A stretch of 64,000 bases of DNA from the human T2T-CHM13v2.0 reference genome, Homo sapiens: assembly GCF_009914755.1 (NCBI RefSeq), contig NC_060929.1, one strand, 5' to 3'. Below are positions 1 to 13,968 of the stretch, in pieces; positions within the stretch are counted from its first letter, which is position 1, and each line of letters opens with the position of its first letter. The notes below the pieces were generated by a model. It ran no database searches, was not told the DNA's origin, and saw only the letters and a program-made list of their open reading frames with translations. Made by a program: the position numbers and the translations under genes.

Positions 1-545
1 ATATCACAATCTCAAATACTTTGTTAAACACTGTCAAAACAAGTAACATGAACCTTCATGATTATATATATATACATATGGTTTTATTTCTACTGTGAGT
101 ATGTGACAAACAGTAAAATAGCATATTGCTTGCCTGGGAAAACCACATTTTGTGTTGTATTTACATTTTTATTTAATTTTCAAAATGAACTGAGCATTTC
201 ACTACTAAAAGAATGTAAATAGATAATGTCAAGTAATATAACACTTGAGACATTCCAATGCAGATAAAAGTTATAGGTTCGTTACAATTAGATTCACTGG
301 TGTTTGGCCTGATTTTTCACTTTTGAAGTATTGTTGCAGTATTATGAGAAAATGAAATGAATAAAATAATGATACATATTATGAATTGCTGTAAGGTTCT
401 ACTCCTACTTAAGAGTTTGCAAAGCAGTGCTCTTCATGCTGGACCAATAATTCATTACACTGCTGTGAATTAAAATAGTCATATTTATTAAATACCCAGT
501 GTGTCGAGTTATATCTGTGTTGTGACTTTCATAAAAGAATATGTT

Positions 546-886
<341 letters not shown>

Positions 887-1099
887 CTAGTGTTGGGATA
901 TTTGATTAGGAAAACAAGAGTTTCTCTGAAAGAAGAGGTCTCAAATTAAATTAGAAGTGATTCTTTGGGGAAAAAAAGAAAAACAATAGAAAGAAGAAAA
1001 ATGTTGGTGACTATGAGCAAGCAAAAACATCAAAACATCAAAGATCTTTTTTCTTCCTTTTCCTTTATCCTCTCCTTCTCTTCCTGAGTTAAGGCTTTC

Positions 1100-2665
1100 A
1101 GTCCTGATGCTCTGAAGCTAGGCAGAGCAAGTTAGGCATCTAGGTGGAAGCGTGGCCTGGTGTGGAGTGCTGGGAACCAAGCCAAGTGAACAAGGCATCC
1201 ACATGCAGGGAGTGATCAGCTTAGGGTATCAAAGCCCAAGCAGAAGGAGAAAGACATCAAAGGGTGGGAATGGCTCGAGTGGGGAGTCAGAATCTGAACA
1301 GAGTTAAAAGGAAATAGTCTATGGGATGACCTAGCTCAGTTTTAGAGTCTAAGCAGGGTGAGGAGGGTATCTTTGCAAATGAGCATCTTGTCATTAGGTG
1401 TCATAAACCAGGTGGAATGATGAAACTGACCACACATGGGAAAAGTTTTGATGTGGGATAGCAGAGCCCAAACAGGAAAGGATACAACCACATGGAGAGA
1501 AAAATGGTTGTGCATGTCAGAGGACAACTGTGCTGAGGAGACCCCTAAGGCACAGATGTGTGAAGAGGGTACCCACAAGGAGGTATCCTAGAGTGAGGAT
1601 GAATCAAAACTGGAGAGAAACCTCAAGACCAAATTAGAAAGAAACCATAACAGTAGAAATTACAACATATGTACATGTATATTCTCTAGTTCTGTCCACC
1701 AAGACAGTCTGCAAGCAATGATAGCCCAATAGCAATGAATATACCTACCATCCTAATCTTGGCTTCTAATGATCATTCCCCACTTGAAGGTATGAGTTCC
1801 CTGGAAAAATGGCTGAGTTCTGGTTTGGGCAAGGAGACTATAAGATGAGCCTGAAATATCACTGTATCCCAGAAAGCAAGTACGTGCTCAAAGAATGATG
1901 GGAATATCCCAAGAGTTCACAGAAGCTAGCTTAAATAGTGTTTCACTGAGCAAATCCATGACAAGTTGAGCACCCAAATAATGATAGCAATGTTTTGTGA
2001 CCCACTGATTGAAATAGAAAACCATAAAACAATAAATTGAAAGTTTGATGAAGAATTGGATATTTACATAGTTAAAAAATAGCTCTTCACAATGTACTTG
2101 CTAATTAAAAAGAGAAAAAGGGTAACATTAAAGTGCAGCAGCCTGGGAGATACTTCCTTAATCAAGTGAGCAAAGTAAATATTATTAGTAATGTAACAAA
2201 TTAAAATCATGTGCCACCAAATAGAGCGCAGTAAGTGGCATCATTTCTGTGTATTACTCCCAAAGATGAATAATCTGAGTGTAATCATAAGAAAACACCA
2301 GATGAACACCAATTGATGGACATTTTACAAATACTAGGTAAGTAATCTTCAAAAGAGTCATAAAGACTAAAGACACATAAAAATGAAATGCATGATGATT
2401 CCGAACTGGAATCTTTTGCTATAAAAAGCTATATTGAGACAACTGGAAAAACTTGAATGGGGGTCTAAGTTTAGATAGGAGAAATGTATCAGTATTAATT
2501 TCCTGATGTTGATGGTTGTATCGTATAATGGTTATGTAGCAAAAGTTCTTTGACAGAAATACATGCTAGGGTATTTGGAGGTGGTCAGACACAAGGTTGG
2601 CAACTTTTAAAGTTCTTATACTATACATTCAGGTCTTCTGTAACCTTGATATTATTTCAAAATTA
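1100..2665 (+). mobile_element. Old L1 3' UTR (L1MC4/L1MC5-like), including its degenerate ~57-bp tandem array at ~1140-1580
   Basis: Matches recalled L1MC4/5 3'-end text (AAAATGGCTGAGTTCTGG...AAGATGAGCCTGAAATATC...CCAGAAAGCAAG; AATCATAAGAAAACACCAGATGAAC); repeated units resembling GTCAGAGCCCAAGCAGGGTGAGGAGGGCATCCAC. Confidence 0.7.
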
Positions 2666-3289
2666 GCATTGATTTTTTTAAGAGCAAAAATCTACTAACC
2701 TAATTTATAAGGCAAGGGTTTCAGAATGTACTGGTGTAAATGTTATACAGCAATCAATCAATCAACAAGTGTCTATTGAGTTCCCGATCTGGGTCCAACA
2801 GTCTACATAAAGTCACATAGTTGTTATTTGATCAAAACTAAGAAAGCAATATAGAAACACAGTGAATTACTGGATAAGCATCATACTAACAATATCTGCA
2901 CTAGGCAGTCAAGAAAAAAGTGACCCATGTAACCTGGAAAGGGCTTTAGGCGAGGACATCAGTGCAGGCGGTATTTCAGGGTTGACAGTAAGAAAACACT
3001 GGTTCAGCAAGGGATAGTCAAAAGACCAATTTGACAATGAGCAGAATGTTTCAATGGAAAATCATAGATGAAGCAAAGGCAGATGTGACGTGGAGTTCTC
3101 GGAAGCCAGGAAAATGTGTGTGAACTTGATGAAAAGGGAGAGTGATGTCAGCCAGCAGACAGCTGTATTAGTCAGTATATGGCAAGAGAAACGGCAATGT
3201 GCGAGGAAAGAACAATTAGAAATTCTAAGAAAACCACCTAGAATTGGTGACAAACAGGTCATGTTGTTAACTAAGGTATATGTTCTTCC

Positions 3290-3570
3290 TTCCACATTTG
3301 CAGAGTGTGTATTAAGCACTAGATTTGCTAGATTTGGGGAGGCAGTGGTCAGCAGATAGGCATGGTTCTCATGGAGCTAGACAGATAAGGTTAAAAAGTG
3401 ACATAGTAAAAGTATAAAGGAAATATAACTGGAAGAAGAAAGTGTGAGATTAGGAAAACTTCTTTGGGGAGGTGATTTTAAGTTAAAACTAGAAGGAAGA
3501 ATGAAATGTAGAAAGCGAAAGGAGGGTGGAGGCAAGGACGGAGCATCTCAGAAAATGGAAAGAGCAAATG
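3290..3570 (-). mobile_element. L2 fragment
   Basis: Purine-rich L2 3'-region text on minus strand (GGAAAACTTCTTTGGGGAGGTGATTTTAAGTTAAAACTAGAAGGAAGAATG); highly diverged. Confidence 0.5.
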
Positions 3571-4094
3571 TTAATTGCAATTTGAGTAAATAACTTAAAA
3601 GTTAAATTTAAAAATTAAGATTAAGCAATTTATTTTTCAGTGAGCCATCTATTCAGGGAGTTAAATTTTTTCATGCATATGATATAATGTTATTAACGTG
3701 TGATAGTGAGGTCTATAACTTGCTATTCCAAGCAAAGGACTCACCTTGGCAGATTGAATTCATTAGGACAAAAATCTTAATTATCTTCCTCTTGACTGTC
3801 AACAAAGGCAATACTCTTCAAATGTAACTATTTTTTCCTCAAATGCAAACTTATTAGAAATCCAATGCATATGGTAGACAAGAATGAAGCCACTTTTATT
3901 GAATTGAGAGTTGGAAGCCTAGAGCTCTGTCTCTTTGCAACTAAAATGACTTTTCACATTCTGCTGAGGAAGCCTTAGGATCCAAGGACCACAGTGGGAA
4001 AACCTCTGGTAGAAGGTAGTGACTGAAGTGATCCTCACAGGTATTTATGTTTTAAAAGGCGCATCTTCAAATGGATGCACTTGACATCCGCATA

Positions 4095-4452
4095 TGATAT
4101 GGTTTGGCTCTCTGTTCCCACCTAAGTCTCACCTGCAACTGTAATCCCCACGTGTCAAGGGAGGGAGGTGATTGGATGATAAGGATGGTTTCCTCCATGC
4201 TGTTTTCATGATAGTGAGTGAGTTCTCACAAAATGTGTTGGTTTTATGCGTTTGGCAGTTCCTCCTTCAGTCACTCTCTTTCCTGCCGCCTTGTGAAGAG
4301 GGTGCTTGCTTCTCCTTTGTCTTTTGCCATGATTGTAAGTTTCCTGAGGTTCTCCTAGCCATGAGGAACTGTGAGTCAATTAAACCTCTTTCCTTTATAA
4401 ATCACCCAGTCTAGAGTATTTCTTTATAGCATTGTGAAAATGGACTAATACA
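4095..4452 (+). mobile_element. THE1D-like solo LTR (ERVL-MaLR)
   Basis: TGATATGGTTTGGCTCT start, GGACTAATACA end, ATTAAA signal; 5-bp TSD GCATA/ACATA. Confidence 0.9.
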
Positions 4453-5299
4453 ACATACTAGCCAGCATATGACTCCATACATTCATGTTTGTTTTTACAT
4501 AAATCATCTATTTATATTTCTACCTGGACCATCTAGTCAAATGTCTAGATGGGGTAGTTTTAATTAAAAAATTTTTAATTCTTTCCTTATCCATAAAATA
4601 ATCATCAGTTAGCATCACTCTGTAGAAAAATATATGGAGATAATATATTTAGCATTCAACTGAAATATGTTCTAAATCAAGTTAAAATATATTAAATTGT
4701 CTTCTCAGCAGGTAAATACAGTTTGCGAAAATCTGGTTATAGAGTCATTACCTTCAAGGATCTCCTTAAAAATATATGTTTCTCTCATATTGGAAAAAAG
4801 ATCATTTAACTCGTTCCAGATTTCAGGACCCCAGGGAAATTACAAATTATAAAGTAAAATTTCTTCAAATTTGGTATGATTAAAGTAATTTCAGGATATT
4901 GAAATAATAACAATATTGAGAGAATATACTCAGAAATAAAATGATATTTAGTATAATCCAATTTCTTTTGAATAAAGTAATTTTTATTTTCAATGGGAAT
5001 TTATAAAAATATAATTTAAATTATGAAATAGATTATGTGTATATGTTCATTTATTTGAGAAGACTTTAAAATCGAGTTGAGACTTTAATTTGAGCCATGA
5101 TTGGGAAATATCAAAGTACCTGTATGTGAAATCAAAACAAAGCACTTTATTAAAGAGAATGTAAAATATTATAATATTCAGGTACACTGAAGTTTACTTA
5201 ATCATTCCTCAGCTTGTAATTCTAAAATTGCAACTATAAATATACTATATTGACCACTGAGTTTCTTGCCATACCGTAGTAGCCAGATTCTACAGTTTC

Positions 5300-6083
5300 T
5301 TTGATATGTAATTCTCTTTTCCTATCCAACCCAGCACTTCTCCAGTAAGGTTATCCTGAGATTTCACCCTAGTTATAGATCTGGTGGCCATGATGGTGTA
5401 TGAGTATAGATGCTGAAGGAAACTGTTCTATTGTAAGGTCTCACTGTAGGACTCCAAGTAGCCTTCCAACAAGGAGAGTGGTCCACTTTTGCAGACCCAG
5501 TAGGTTCAGGGATCAGGGGATTCAAGGTTTTCAAGTGCACCTAAACCAAATATCCTCCACCTCAAGTCTCAGGAGCATATATTTTCCTTATGAGAGCGGT
5601 GATCGGCATAGGAAACTTGCCTGAACTAAGAATAGTTTTGTCTCTTTTATAATCAAGTCCTGTGTCTCATTTTAAGCTTTATCTTCCCTCTGGCTTCAAG
5701 AGTTGCTTTAAATAATGCCTAGCAGACTCTCAAGTTTCACATTTTGTTTTGGAAGTCATGATTAATGTATTTGAACCTGTCATTTTCTCTTTTCAATACA
5801 AGGTATTTAGCTATAATGTCCTAATTTCAATAGTACATATATTTACTCTTTTTCCCATACCTCTCAAATACCACAGGCATTGACATGCTAGTCTATCCCC
5901 TTCCACCTATGTCTTTTCTAAGTTCGCCCTAGAAGAAGGTATCAGCAGTGACACAGTCAAAGGAAGCGGGGGACCAGCAACACTTCTACCACTGGTGATT
6001 GGGCTCTCCTTGCCCCTCTTCAAGTGAGGTATCCAACTCAAGTCACATCTTTAAAGACTGCTTCCTGGGACCGATTCCAGTAC
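5300..6083 (-). mobile_element. ERVL internal 5' region (ERV3-16A3_I-like) adjoining the LTR33
   Basis: Minus strand begins GTACTGGAATCGGTCCCAGGAAGCAGTCTTTAAAGATG immediately after the LTR, resembling the recalled ERV3-16A3 leader; left boundary approximate. Confidence 0.55.
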
Positions 6084-6578
6084 TATCTTGGTCAGATTTT
6101 CTAGGAACACAGCCTGAGATTCCTGTGTTAAAAATGTATTGATCAAGAATTCTCAGAGAAAAAAAGAATTATCAGAAAAAAGGGTAGTGAGCGAAGCAGA
6201 ATAAGGTAAAGGAACAGAAAAAACAAAAAAGAAAAACAAAAATAAAAACCCAAGCAGGAAAGTGATCTCAGCTAGAAACTAGCTTTAGCCTGAATCCATG
6301 GGGAGCTTTGGAGCACAAATAGCATCATAAAGGTGGTTCCACCATGAGTAAAGGAGCCAGCTTTTTGGATCCCTTCTCCCCATTAGTCAGTTCTCTATCT
6401 GTAGCTGCTTGTGGGTGGAGAGTAGGGAGAGGAACTCTAACCTCCTCTATAATGTTGGATGTGAGCTGAGATCAACTCACCTGAGAAGGATCAGCTGTGG
6501 GTTTTCAGCAACCAATGCTAGCAACTATTATGGGATGGATACATGAGCTCAGTGAAGGAGATCTGGGATTACACATCA
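6084..6578 (-). mobile_element. LTR33-like ERVL LTR
   Basis: GATCTCAGCTAGAAACTAGCTTTAGCCTGAATCCATGGGGAGCTTTGGAGCAC and CAGCTGTGGGTTTTCAGCAACCAATGC...GAAGGAGATCTGGG match recalled LTR33 reverse complement. Confidence 0.7.
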
Positions 6579-7672
6579 TTCAAACCAGGATAATTTTAAG
6601 AGCAAATGGGACAGCTATTGATAAATACGCCAAAAAAAAACACAGAAAAACAAAAGTGTCCTAAACAAATGAATGCATAGTCATCCTACCTTCACCACAT
6701 TACTCCCCTGCTCTATGGAATATAGCTCTAATGAAACCCTAGATTTCTTTGAGGGACTGAAACTCTAGGGAGGAAAAACCCCACATCTGTTCTATAAATC
6801 TTCCCCCTTGGAGTTGAAACTTGATGTAAGGGTGGAGATGAGAGGGGAAATTCGAGGAGCTAATTTCCTCAGTTTTATGCCTCCTCATTTCAGTTCTTTG
6901 GGACTAGCTGGAGAATTGTTTATCTTAAAAAATAGTTTTAATCTGGGAAATAACATATTTTTTCATCACTTAAATACAAAATGAATTTAAATCCACAGTG
7001 CAAAGCTACATTTTGTCAGGTTAATTATTCTAATTATACAACCAGATCAAAAAGAAAAAACAATTATAAATCTTTTAAAAATGGTTTTCGATGTTAAATG
7101 TTAAAAATGAAGTAAATTGTGTTCCTTTTACAAAAACTATATTCAAGAAACCAAAGGAGCCAAAAGAGTTGTGAAATGATAAAATATGTTTTAGATTGTA
7201 GATGTGAAGGCATTTTTTAGTGTTTCCAATACATAATTTTGGTAAGACACTTCTGGGGAAAATATTTTATTCAAAAACAAAACATAGTAAGAAAAAAATG
7301 ATTTTTCAAATGCATAAAAAACAGATTTTTACAAAGAAAAAGAAAAAAAAAGTGTCTTTAAAATTGTTTCCTGGAAGTGCTTGTAGAAACTAGGGAAAAA
7401 CATTTTCTGTTGGAGGCAGCAACTCATATCTTAGCATGTGAGAGTTTAAGGCAGAAGGGTGCATATTTCACAATTAGTCACCACTTTCTCAAGAACTTCA
7501 TTATCAATTCTCAGTTGATAATTTCACTCAGCTTGAGTGGAATACTACTGGACAACTCCATGAAACCAGCAATGTTTTGTGAGTGAATGACTTGATCGTA
7601 TCACAAAAACAAGCAGTATTTCTTTTAATTCAGTTGGTATATTTGTGATATTGGAGTGTAGAAATACTATTT

Positions 7673-8266
7673 AACAGCTTTACTGAGGTTTAAGTGAGAA
7701 ACAACAAACTGGACTTATGAAACTTTTGACCTATGAATACATCCATGAAAGCATCATCACAATCAAAATAAACATTTATTTTCTTCCAAAATACTTGTTA
7801 TGCCCCTTTGGAATACATGTCCCTGTTCATTTTGTGCCCAAGCCCCTGTCCCCAAGAAACCCTTGGTCTTTCTGCTATTAAGATTAGTTTCCATTATATG
7901 GAATTTTTATATATATGAGATCATACAATAAGCGCTCTTTTTTTTGGTCTGGCTTCTTTCATGCATGCGTCATAAATATTTTGACATTATCATCCAGTTG
8001 GATGATATTTTTTACTTTATAAAATAGTGACCACCAAATATAACAAATATTTGGTCATTATAAAAATATATGGTCACTTTATTTTTCATTCATTATATAA
8101 ATATTTGGTCACTTTTTTATAATGACCAAATACTATTTTTACATTTTATTTTTTTTTTTACATTATAAAAAAGTGACCAAATATGTTGGAATGGGATGGG
8201 AAGAAAATATACTTCCAACATTTTGTCAGTTGATTTTCTAAACTGATTGTACCATTTTACATTACC
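7673..8266 (-). mobile_element. Old L1 (L1MD/L1ME-class) 3' segment; sense part of a 5'-inverted insertion
   Basis: AACAGCTTTACTGAGG... 3' terminus, GGTCTGGCTTCTTTCA and CTGATTGTACCATTTTACATTACC; interrupted by an inverted-repeat patchwork at ~8005-8220. Confidence 0.75.
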
Positions 8267-8271
8267 AAAAA

Positions 8272-8744
8272 CAAATTAGGCAAAAATTTCTTAGCTACAA
8301 TGCTAACACCATGATCCATAAAACTTTTTAAAATGATAAATTGAATTTCATCAAAATTAAAAACATCTGTTGTTTAAGACATTGCTTATAAAATAAAAAG
8401 ACAATTCATAGACTTGAAGAAAATATTTGCAAATTATATATCTGACAAAAACTTTTATACTGCATATATAAAGAATGTTCAACCCTCAATAAGAAAAAAA
8501 CAAATGATCCAATAAATAAAATGGGTGACATAGTTAAACAGATAATTCAAGAAGAAGAAATATAGATGGCAAATATTCATGTGATAAGATGTGCAACATC
8601 ATTAGTCATTAAGGAAATGAAAATTAAAACCACAATGAGATATGATTACACATCTATTAGAATGGCTTTAATTAAGTAGACTGGCCATATCAAGTGAAAG
8701 AGGATGTGAAGGAACTAGAACTCTCATACTCTGCTGGTAGAAAT
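8272..8744 (+). mobile_element. Old L1 ORF2 C-terminal segment; inverted 5' part of the same insertion
   Basis: AAATATTTGCAAATTATATATCTGACAAA, AATTAAAACCACAATGAGATA, GGAACTAGAACTCTCATACTCTGCTGGTAGAAAT; ends where the minus segment resumes; TSD GTAGAAATA(C/A)TATTT at 7658-7672 and 8737-8751. Confidence 0.8.
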
Positions 8745-9019
8745 AATATTTTAAATGTCTATTGGCTGGATACTGTGTTAGGTTCTGTATAAATTTTATA
8801 CTTTCTAGACTTTTGACACTGAATAGAGTTACTTGCACATTACTTAAAGCTTACTCTCTAAGGAAGAACAATAGAACTGATTTATACCCATGAAATCCTT
8901 TTAGGTCTTACTTTATCATGTGGTATTATCCATGTCCTTATTCTTGAAACTATTTTATTTTTCATTCTTTATGACTGGCCCATTCCAAATTATCTTTCAT
9001 CTATCTCTTTTGCCCAAAT

Positions 9020-10095
9020 ATCAGTGCTCTTTGGGACTCTGTTCTAAGCCTTATTTTACTCATACTCCACAAACTTCTCTCTATTTCAATGACATGTGCA
9101 TTGACTACTCGCAAATGGGCATCTTTAGCTCTGAGATGTCTCTTGAGAGTCTGATCCACTAACTCTACTAAAGGGTCCTACTGGCAACTAAAATTCAATA
9201 TTAACCAAACTTGTGTTTATACATTTACATGACCTCCAAGTATGCTTCCTCAATGGGCTGTGTAAAAGTTTATAAATTATTTACCCAGTTTCCTGAGACA
9301 AAGTTTTGATCATTATCTTTGACTTCTTTCTCTTTCTTGCTCACATTTCCAATTGATGCTACTCCTTAAAGATTGCTTCTGTTTTTCTTTTTTCTTCATT
9401 TCTACCCTAACTCAAACCTTCATCATTTTTTGCTTGGACTCTTTTAATAGTCTGGCCACCTTGCTTCTGGTTGTGGCCCCCTCTAATCACTTTAAACATC
9501 ACAGCCAGATTGCATCTATCTGTCTACCACTTAAATAATTTCACTGGTGTCTTACAGCCCTTAGGATACAGTCTCAATAAAATGGTAAACTCTTTATAAA
9601 TGGTACAAATAAATAAACCAAGCTTTACCTAGCCTATTTTTCATAGCATCTTCTCTCATGCACTTTATCCCCAGTCCTACCAAATTTCTTCCTCAACTAT
9701 GCCATATTCTTTTTTATTTCAGGACCTCCCCATAGATTGTTCCAACTACTTAGAACATCCTCCTAGTTTCTTCAGAACCCCTTTGTCTTTCGAACTTACA
9801 TACGACTTCTACTTATCCTTTCAACTATCTGTCCTGGTGGTCACTTCCAACAAGACGACTTCTTGGACCCTCCTAGGTGGGTTACACGTCTGTACTGTGT
9901 GCATTCTCATCACCCCAATCATGGTACCTGATAATTAGGATGCTATTGAGTTGTCTGAATCCCCCATTAGAAAAAAAGCACTGTGAGGACATAGACTGTA
10001 TCTGTCTTTTTCCACCTTTATATTTTTATTCTTAAAACATAATATGCATGTCATGTAATATTAGTTTGCATGCATGAGTGAATACATTAATAAAT
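9020..10095 (+). mobile_element. L2 LINE 3' region
   Basis: Pyrimidine-rich L2 text (CAAACCTTCATCATTTTTTGCTTGGACTCTTTTAATAGTCT; CACTGTGAGGACATAGACTGTATCTGTCTT) ending in a degenerate TGAA/TAAA tail. Confidence 0.7.
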
Positions 10096-10256
10096 AAGTA
10101 GAGAAATGAGAACTTCTGTACTTGCAGAAAGGGAGACTCACAGGGAAATGGGAAAACAAAGAGGGGTGAAAGTGTAGAAATGAATGTGAGCAGAAGCAAA
10201 GATGAATATTTGGTAGATAAGAAAGGGATGACCTAATCAGCTCCCACAAATAAATA

Positions 10257-10581
10257 AAGTCATGCGCTGAATAACGACATTTTGATCAACAATGGGCCTT
10301 ATATATGACAGTGATCCCATAAGATGATTATACCATATTTTTACTATGTTTAGATATGTTTAGTTAGACAAATACTTATCATTGTGCTACAACTGTCTAC
10401 AGTATTCAGTACAGTAACATGTTGTCCAGGTTTGCAGCCTAGGAACAATAGGCTATACGTATTTGTATAGTAGGCTCTACCACCTATGTTTGTGTAAGTA
10501 CAATCGAAGATGTTCACACAACAAAATTGCCTAAGATGCGTTTATCAGAATATAACCCCATTGTTAAGCGATGCATGATTA
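10257..10581 (+). mobile_element. Tigger3a (MER7A) non-autonomous TcMar-Tigger element
   Basis: Degenerate TIRs AAGTCATGCGCTGAATAACGAC / GTTAAGCGATGCATGATTA, TA on both flanks, internal CAGTATTCAGTACAGTAACATG. Confidence 0.9.
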
Positions 10582-11804
10582 TATAAAATACTTTGCCGTT
10601 CTGCTTCAAGAGTTTGACATAACTCTATTTACGTTTGAAGAGATACACTATGTTTTAGTAGTAACAAATTAAATACAAACAAGAGGCAAAATGTAGGCAA
10701 GATATTTTAAGTAATGACCTCTAATGATATTAGCAAACAACCGAGAAAGAACAGAGGATGGCTGGACAGAAGAGAAAAGATGAAGCTAAATGACTGAAAT
10801 ATGACAATCTTAAATGAATCAAAACATGGCATGTATTTTAGCCAAAAGAAACTCACCAGCACTAAGTAAATATATCTTCTTGAAGAATTCATTAAAAAAA
10901 GAAAGAAAAATACACGACACCATTTTTAGTGCTAACAAGTAAACATGGCATTACCTTATTTAAATTTAACTCTGGATGTTAAACTATTCAATGTGCTATT
11001 GACTCTTTCCTCATCTTTGATTTATTTTACTCAATCTTTTTATTGTTACTGAGTTTTAAGTTTTTCCAATGTTTTTAAAGATTTCACTGAACCATAATAT
11101 GTTTTTCAGAGAAACCCATGAAGGTTTTATTAATCATAGTTCTGCAGATGAAATTATACATTTGATATCTGAGATTTCTTTGTTTATTTGGGATACTTAA
11201 CAACTGCATCCTACATATTTAGAAAACAGAAGATGGAGGGTTAATGCCTTTTCCAAGGAATGAGGGATGAGTGAATGATTTCAAAGATTATTTGACAAAG
11301 ACGCAGGCTAGAGGTATTCAGCAGAAAGGTGGCTTAATAGTCAACCTTTGTTTAGTTCAGTTGCTAAATATTATACTATTGAATCTTCTGCATGGAAAAA
11401 AAATAAATCCTAAAAATATTTACCTACAGATATTGGCAAACCCAAACCAACATTTTTTTTATCTTTTGCATACACACACAAATCCCCTCCCAGACTTGAT
11501 TTCAGGTTGATAGAAACATATTTTAACACTTGTTTGTTCAATTCATGACTTTTCTAAGAGTACCATTGCTTTATTCAAATCTACTTTGCTCATTGACATT
11601 ATTCTTGTTTGATAAGTCGCCTTAATAGAAAATTTTTTTAGAATCCACCTATAGATCTATGCTGTAATATACATATATGCAATAATGTCATGATGAGTTT
11701 GTCTATGAAAACATTACCAGTGATTCAGCTGATATTAGTCAAATCAATTTTATAGCATTTTATACATAAATAATAGCCATCACTGATTATTTTTCTTTTT
11801 CATT

Positions 11805-12030
11805 TGTTTAATTTTTAAATAAACTTTTTGTGTATATTTGAGGTTTACAGTACAATGTTATGGGATATTTATAGATAGTAAAACAGTTACTATAATAAAC
11901 AAATCTTTCACCTTACATAATTTAACTCTTTTTGTGACAAGAATAGCTAAAATCTACTTAGTTAACAAAAATCCTTGGCACAATAAAATTTTATTAACTG
12001 TAGTCCTCTTGTACATTAAATGTCTAGACT
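11805..12030 (-). mobile_element. L1MA-type 3' end
   Basis: T-rich tail then GTGTATATTTGAGGTTTACAGTACAATGTTATGG...TATTAACTGTAGTCCTCTTGTACATTAAATGTCTAGACT. Confidence 0.75.
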
Positions 12031-12712
12031 AGGAGCAGGTATGTAGGATAATTATTTCATTTGTGATTGGCATTGTGGTATGGTGAGAGAGTAGGGGGAG
12101 AAAGTGAGGTCTCTGTGTAGGAGACTGAAGATTCAGTTTGAATTCCATCAGCAATGAAGTTATATTATTAAGCTAATGACAAAATATCCATCCTAACATG
12201 TTCACAAATTGCTTGTCATATTTGGGGCTACTTTGTTATTTTACCGGCATTAATGCCACTGTCCAGAGTCACTCTCCAATCTAAGGTTAGCTATTATTTT
12301 ATATCCTATGTTTTCACAAACCATGATATCTGGGGTTTAAATAAGCACATATTAATAGTAATACCTCAGCCACTGACTTTCACTCCTGCCTGCAACTGTG
12401 AGACCATCACTTTCCTGTAAATGTTACTCTATGTGGTTATTTTCTGGGGATTCATTAAAAATACTTCTAGCTTTCTTATGCACAAAATGTGTTAGAGACA
12501 ACATAGCAACCACCGTCATCTTACCATTTGGCTCTGGCCCCCACTCTCTGGTGGTGCATAAGGCAAAGGCGGGTGTTTGTATTGCTCACAGTTGAGCTGC
12601 TTCCCTCTTCCCACCATGCCACCACTACCACCAGCAAACCCTCTACCAGAACAAAAAAAGTGCAGAATTTGGAAGGTTTTTCAAAGTCTAAAGTCTATCC
12701 TGGTTTATCTTA

Positions 12713-13088
<376 letters not shown>

Positions 13089-13561
13089 TCATATAATGAT
13101 TTTAATGTAAAATATATTAGGTAGGTTAAATGACAGATAAGACAAAGCTAGAGAAATAATAACAATATGGCAGAGAACAGACAAGAGAATGTTACTTACA
13201 GTGAAGCATAAAAAACATGAAAAATATGAAAATGAAAGTAAAAGAAGATTAATAAATGTATAATTGGGGTTCTGAAAAGAGGAGACTAGAAAGAATGAGT
13301 AAAATGTGATATTCAAAGGGATTAATGGACGTGAATGTTCCAGAATGTCTACAAGACAAGAATCCTTAAATTCTTAAAGCATAATGAATTCCAAGCAGGA
13401 TAAATCTAATAAACCCTACTTCTAAGCACATTTCCATGAATCTGAAAAATATTAAGGACATAGTTATTTTAAAAATTGTAAAAGAGAAAGAAAAAATAAA
13501 AGACAGACTTATAATTGTCATCTTGACACAAAATAAAAGATGGGGAAGAGTAGAATAATAT

Positions 13562-13927
13562 TTCTTTAATTTTTTTATTATTATTTTAATAGTTTTTGGG
13601 GAACAGGTGGTATTTGGTTAGATGGATAAGTTCTTCAGTGGTCATTTCTGAGTTTTTGGTGCACCCATCACCAGGGCAGTGTACACTGTACCCAATGTGT
13701 AGTCTTTTATCCATCACTCCCCTCCCAACCTTCCTCCCAAGTCCTCAGAGCACATTATATCATTCTTATGCCTTTGTATTTTCATAGTTCAGCTCCCACT
13801 TGTGAGAGCATATGGGATTGGTTTTCTATTTTTGAGCTACTCCACTTAGAATAACAGTCTCCAACTCCATCCAGGTTGCTGTGAATGCCATTATTTCACT
13901 CCTTTTATGTCTGAGTAGTATTACATA

Positions 13928-13968
<41 letters not shown>

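Noticed and set aside
1140-1580. Degenerate ~57-bp tandem array as a novel (CRISPR-like) repeat system
   Set aside because: No constant repeat with unique spacers; matches the internal tandem repeat recalled for L1MC4/5 3' UTRs and is contiguous with that element
4529-4552. Hairpin CCATCTAG...CTAGATGG
   Set aside because: An 8-bp stem is expected by chance in 64 kb
4695-4716. Recursive splice-site-like TTGTCTTCTCAGCAG|GTAAAT
   Set aside because: Short pyrimidine tract and no supporting context
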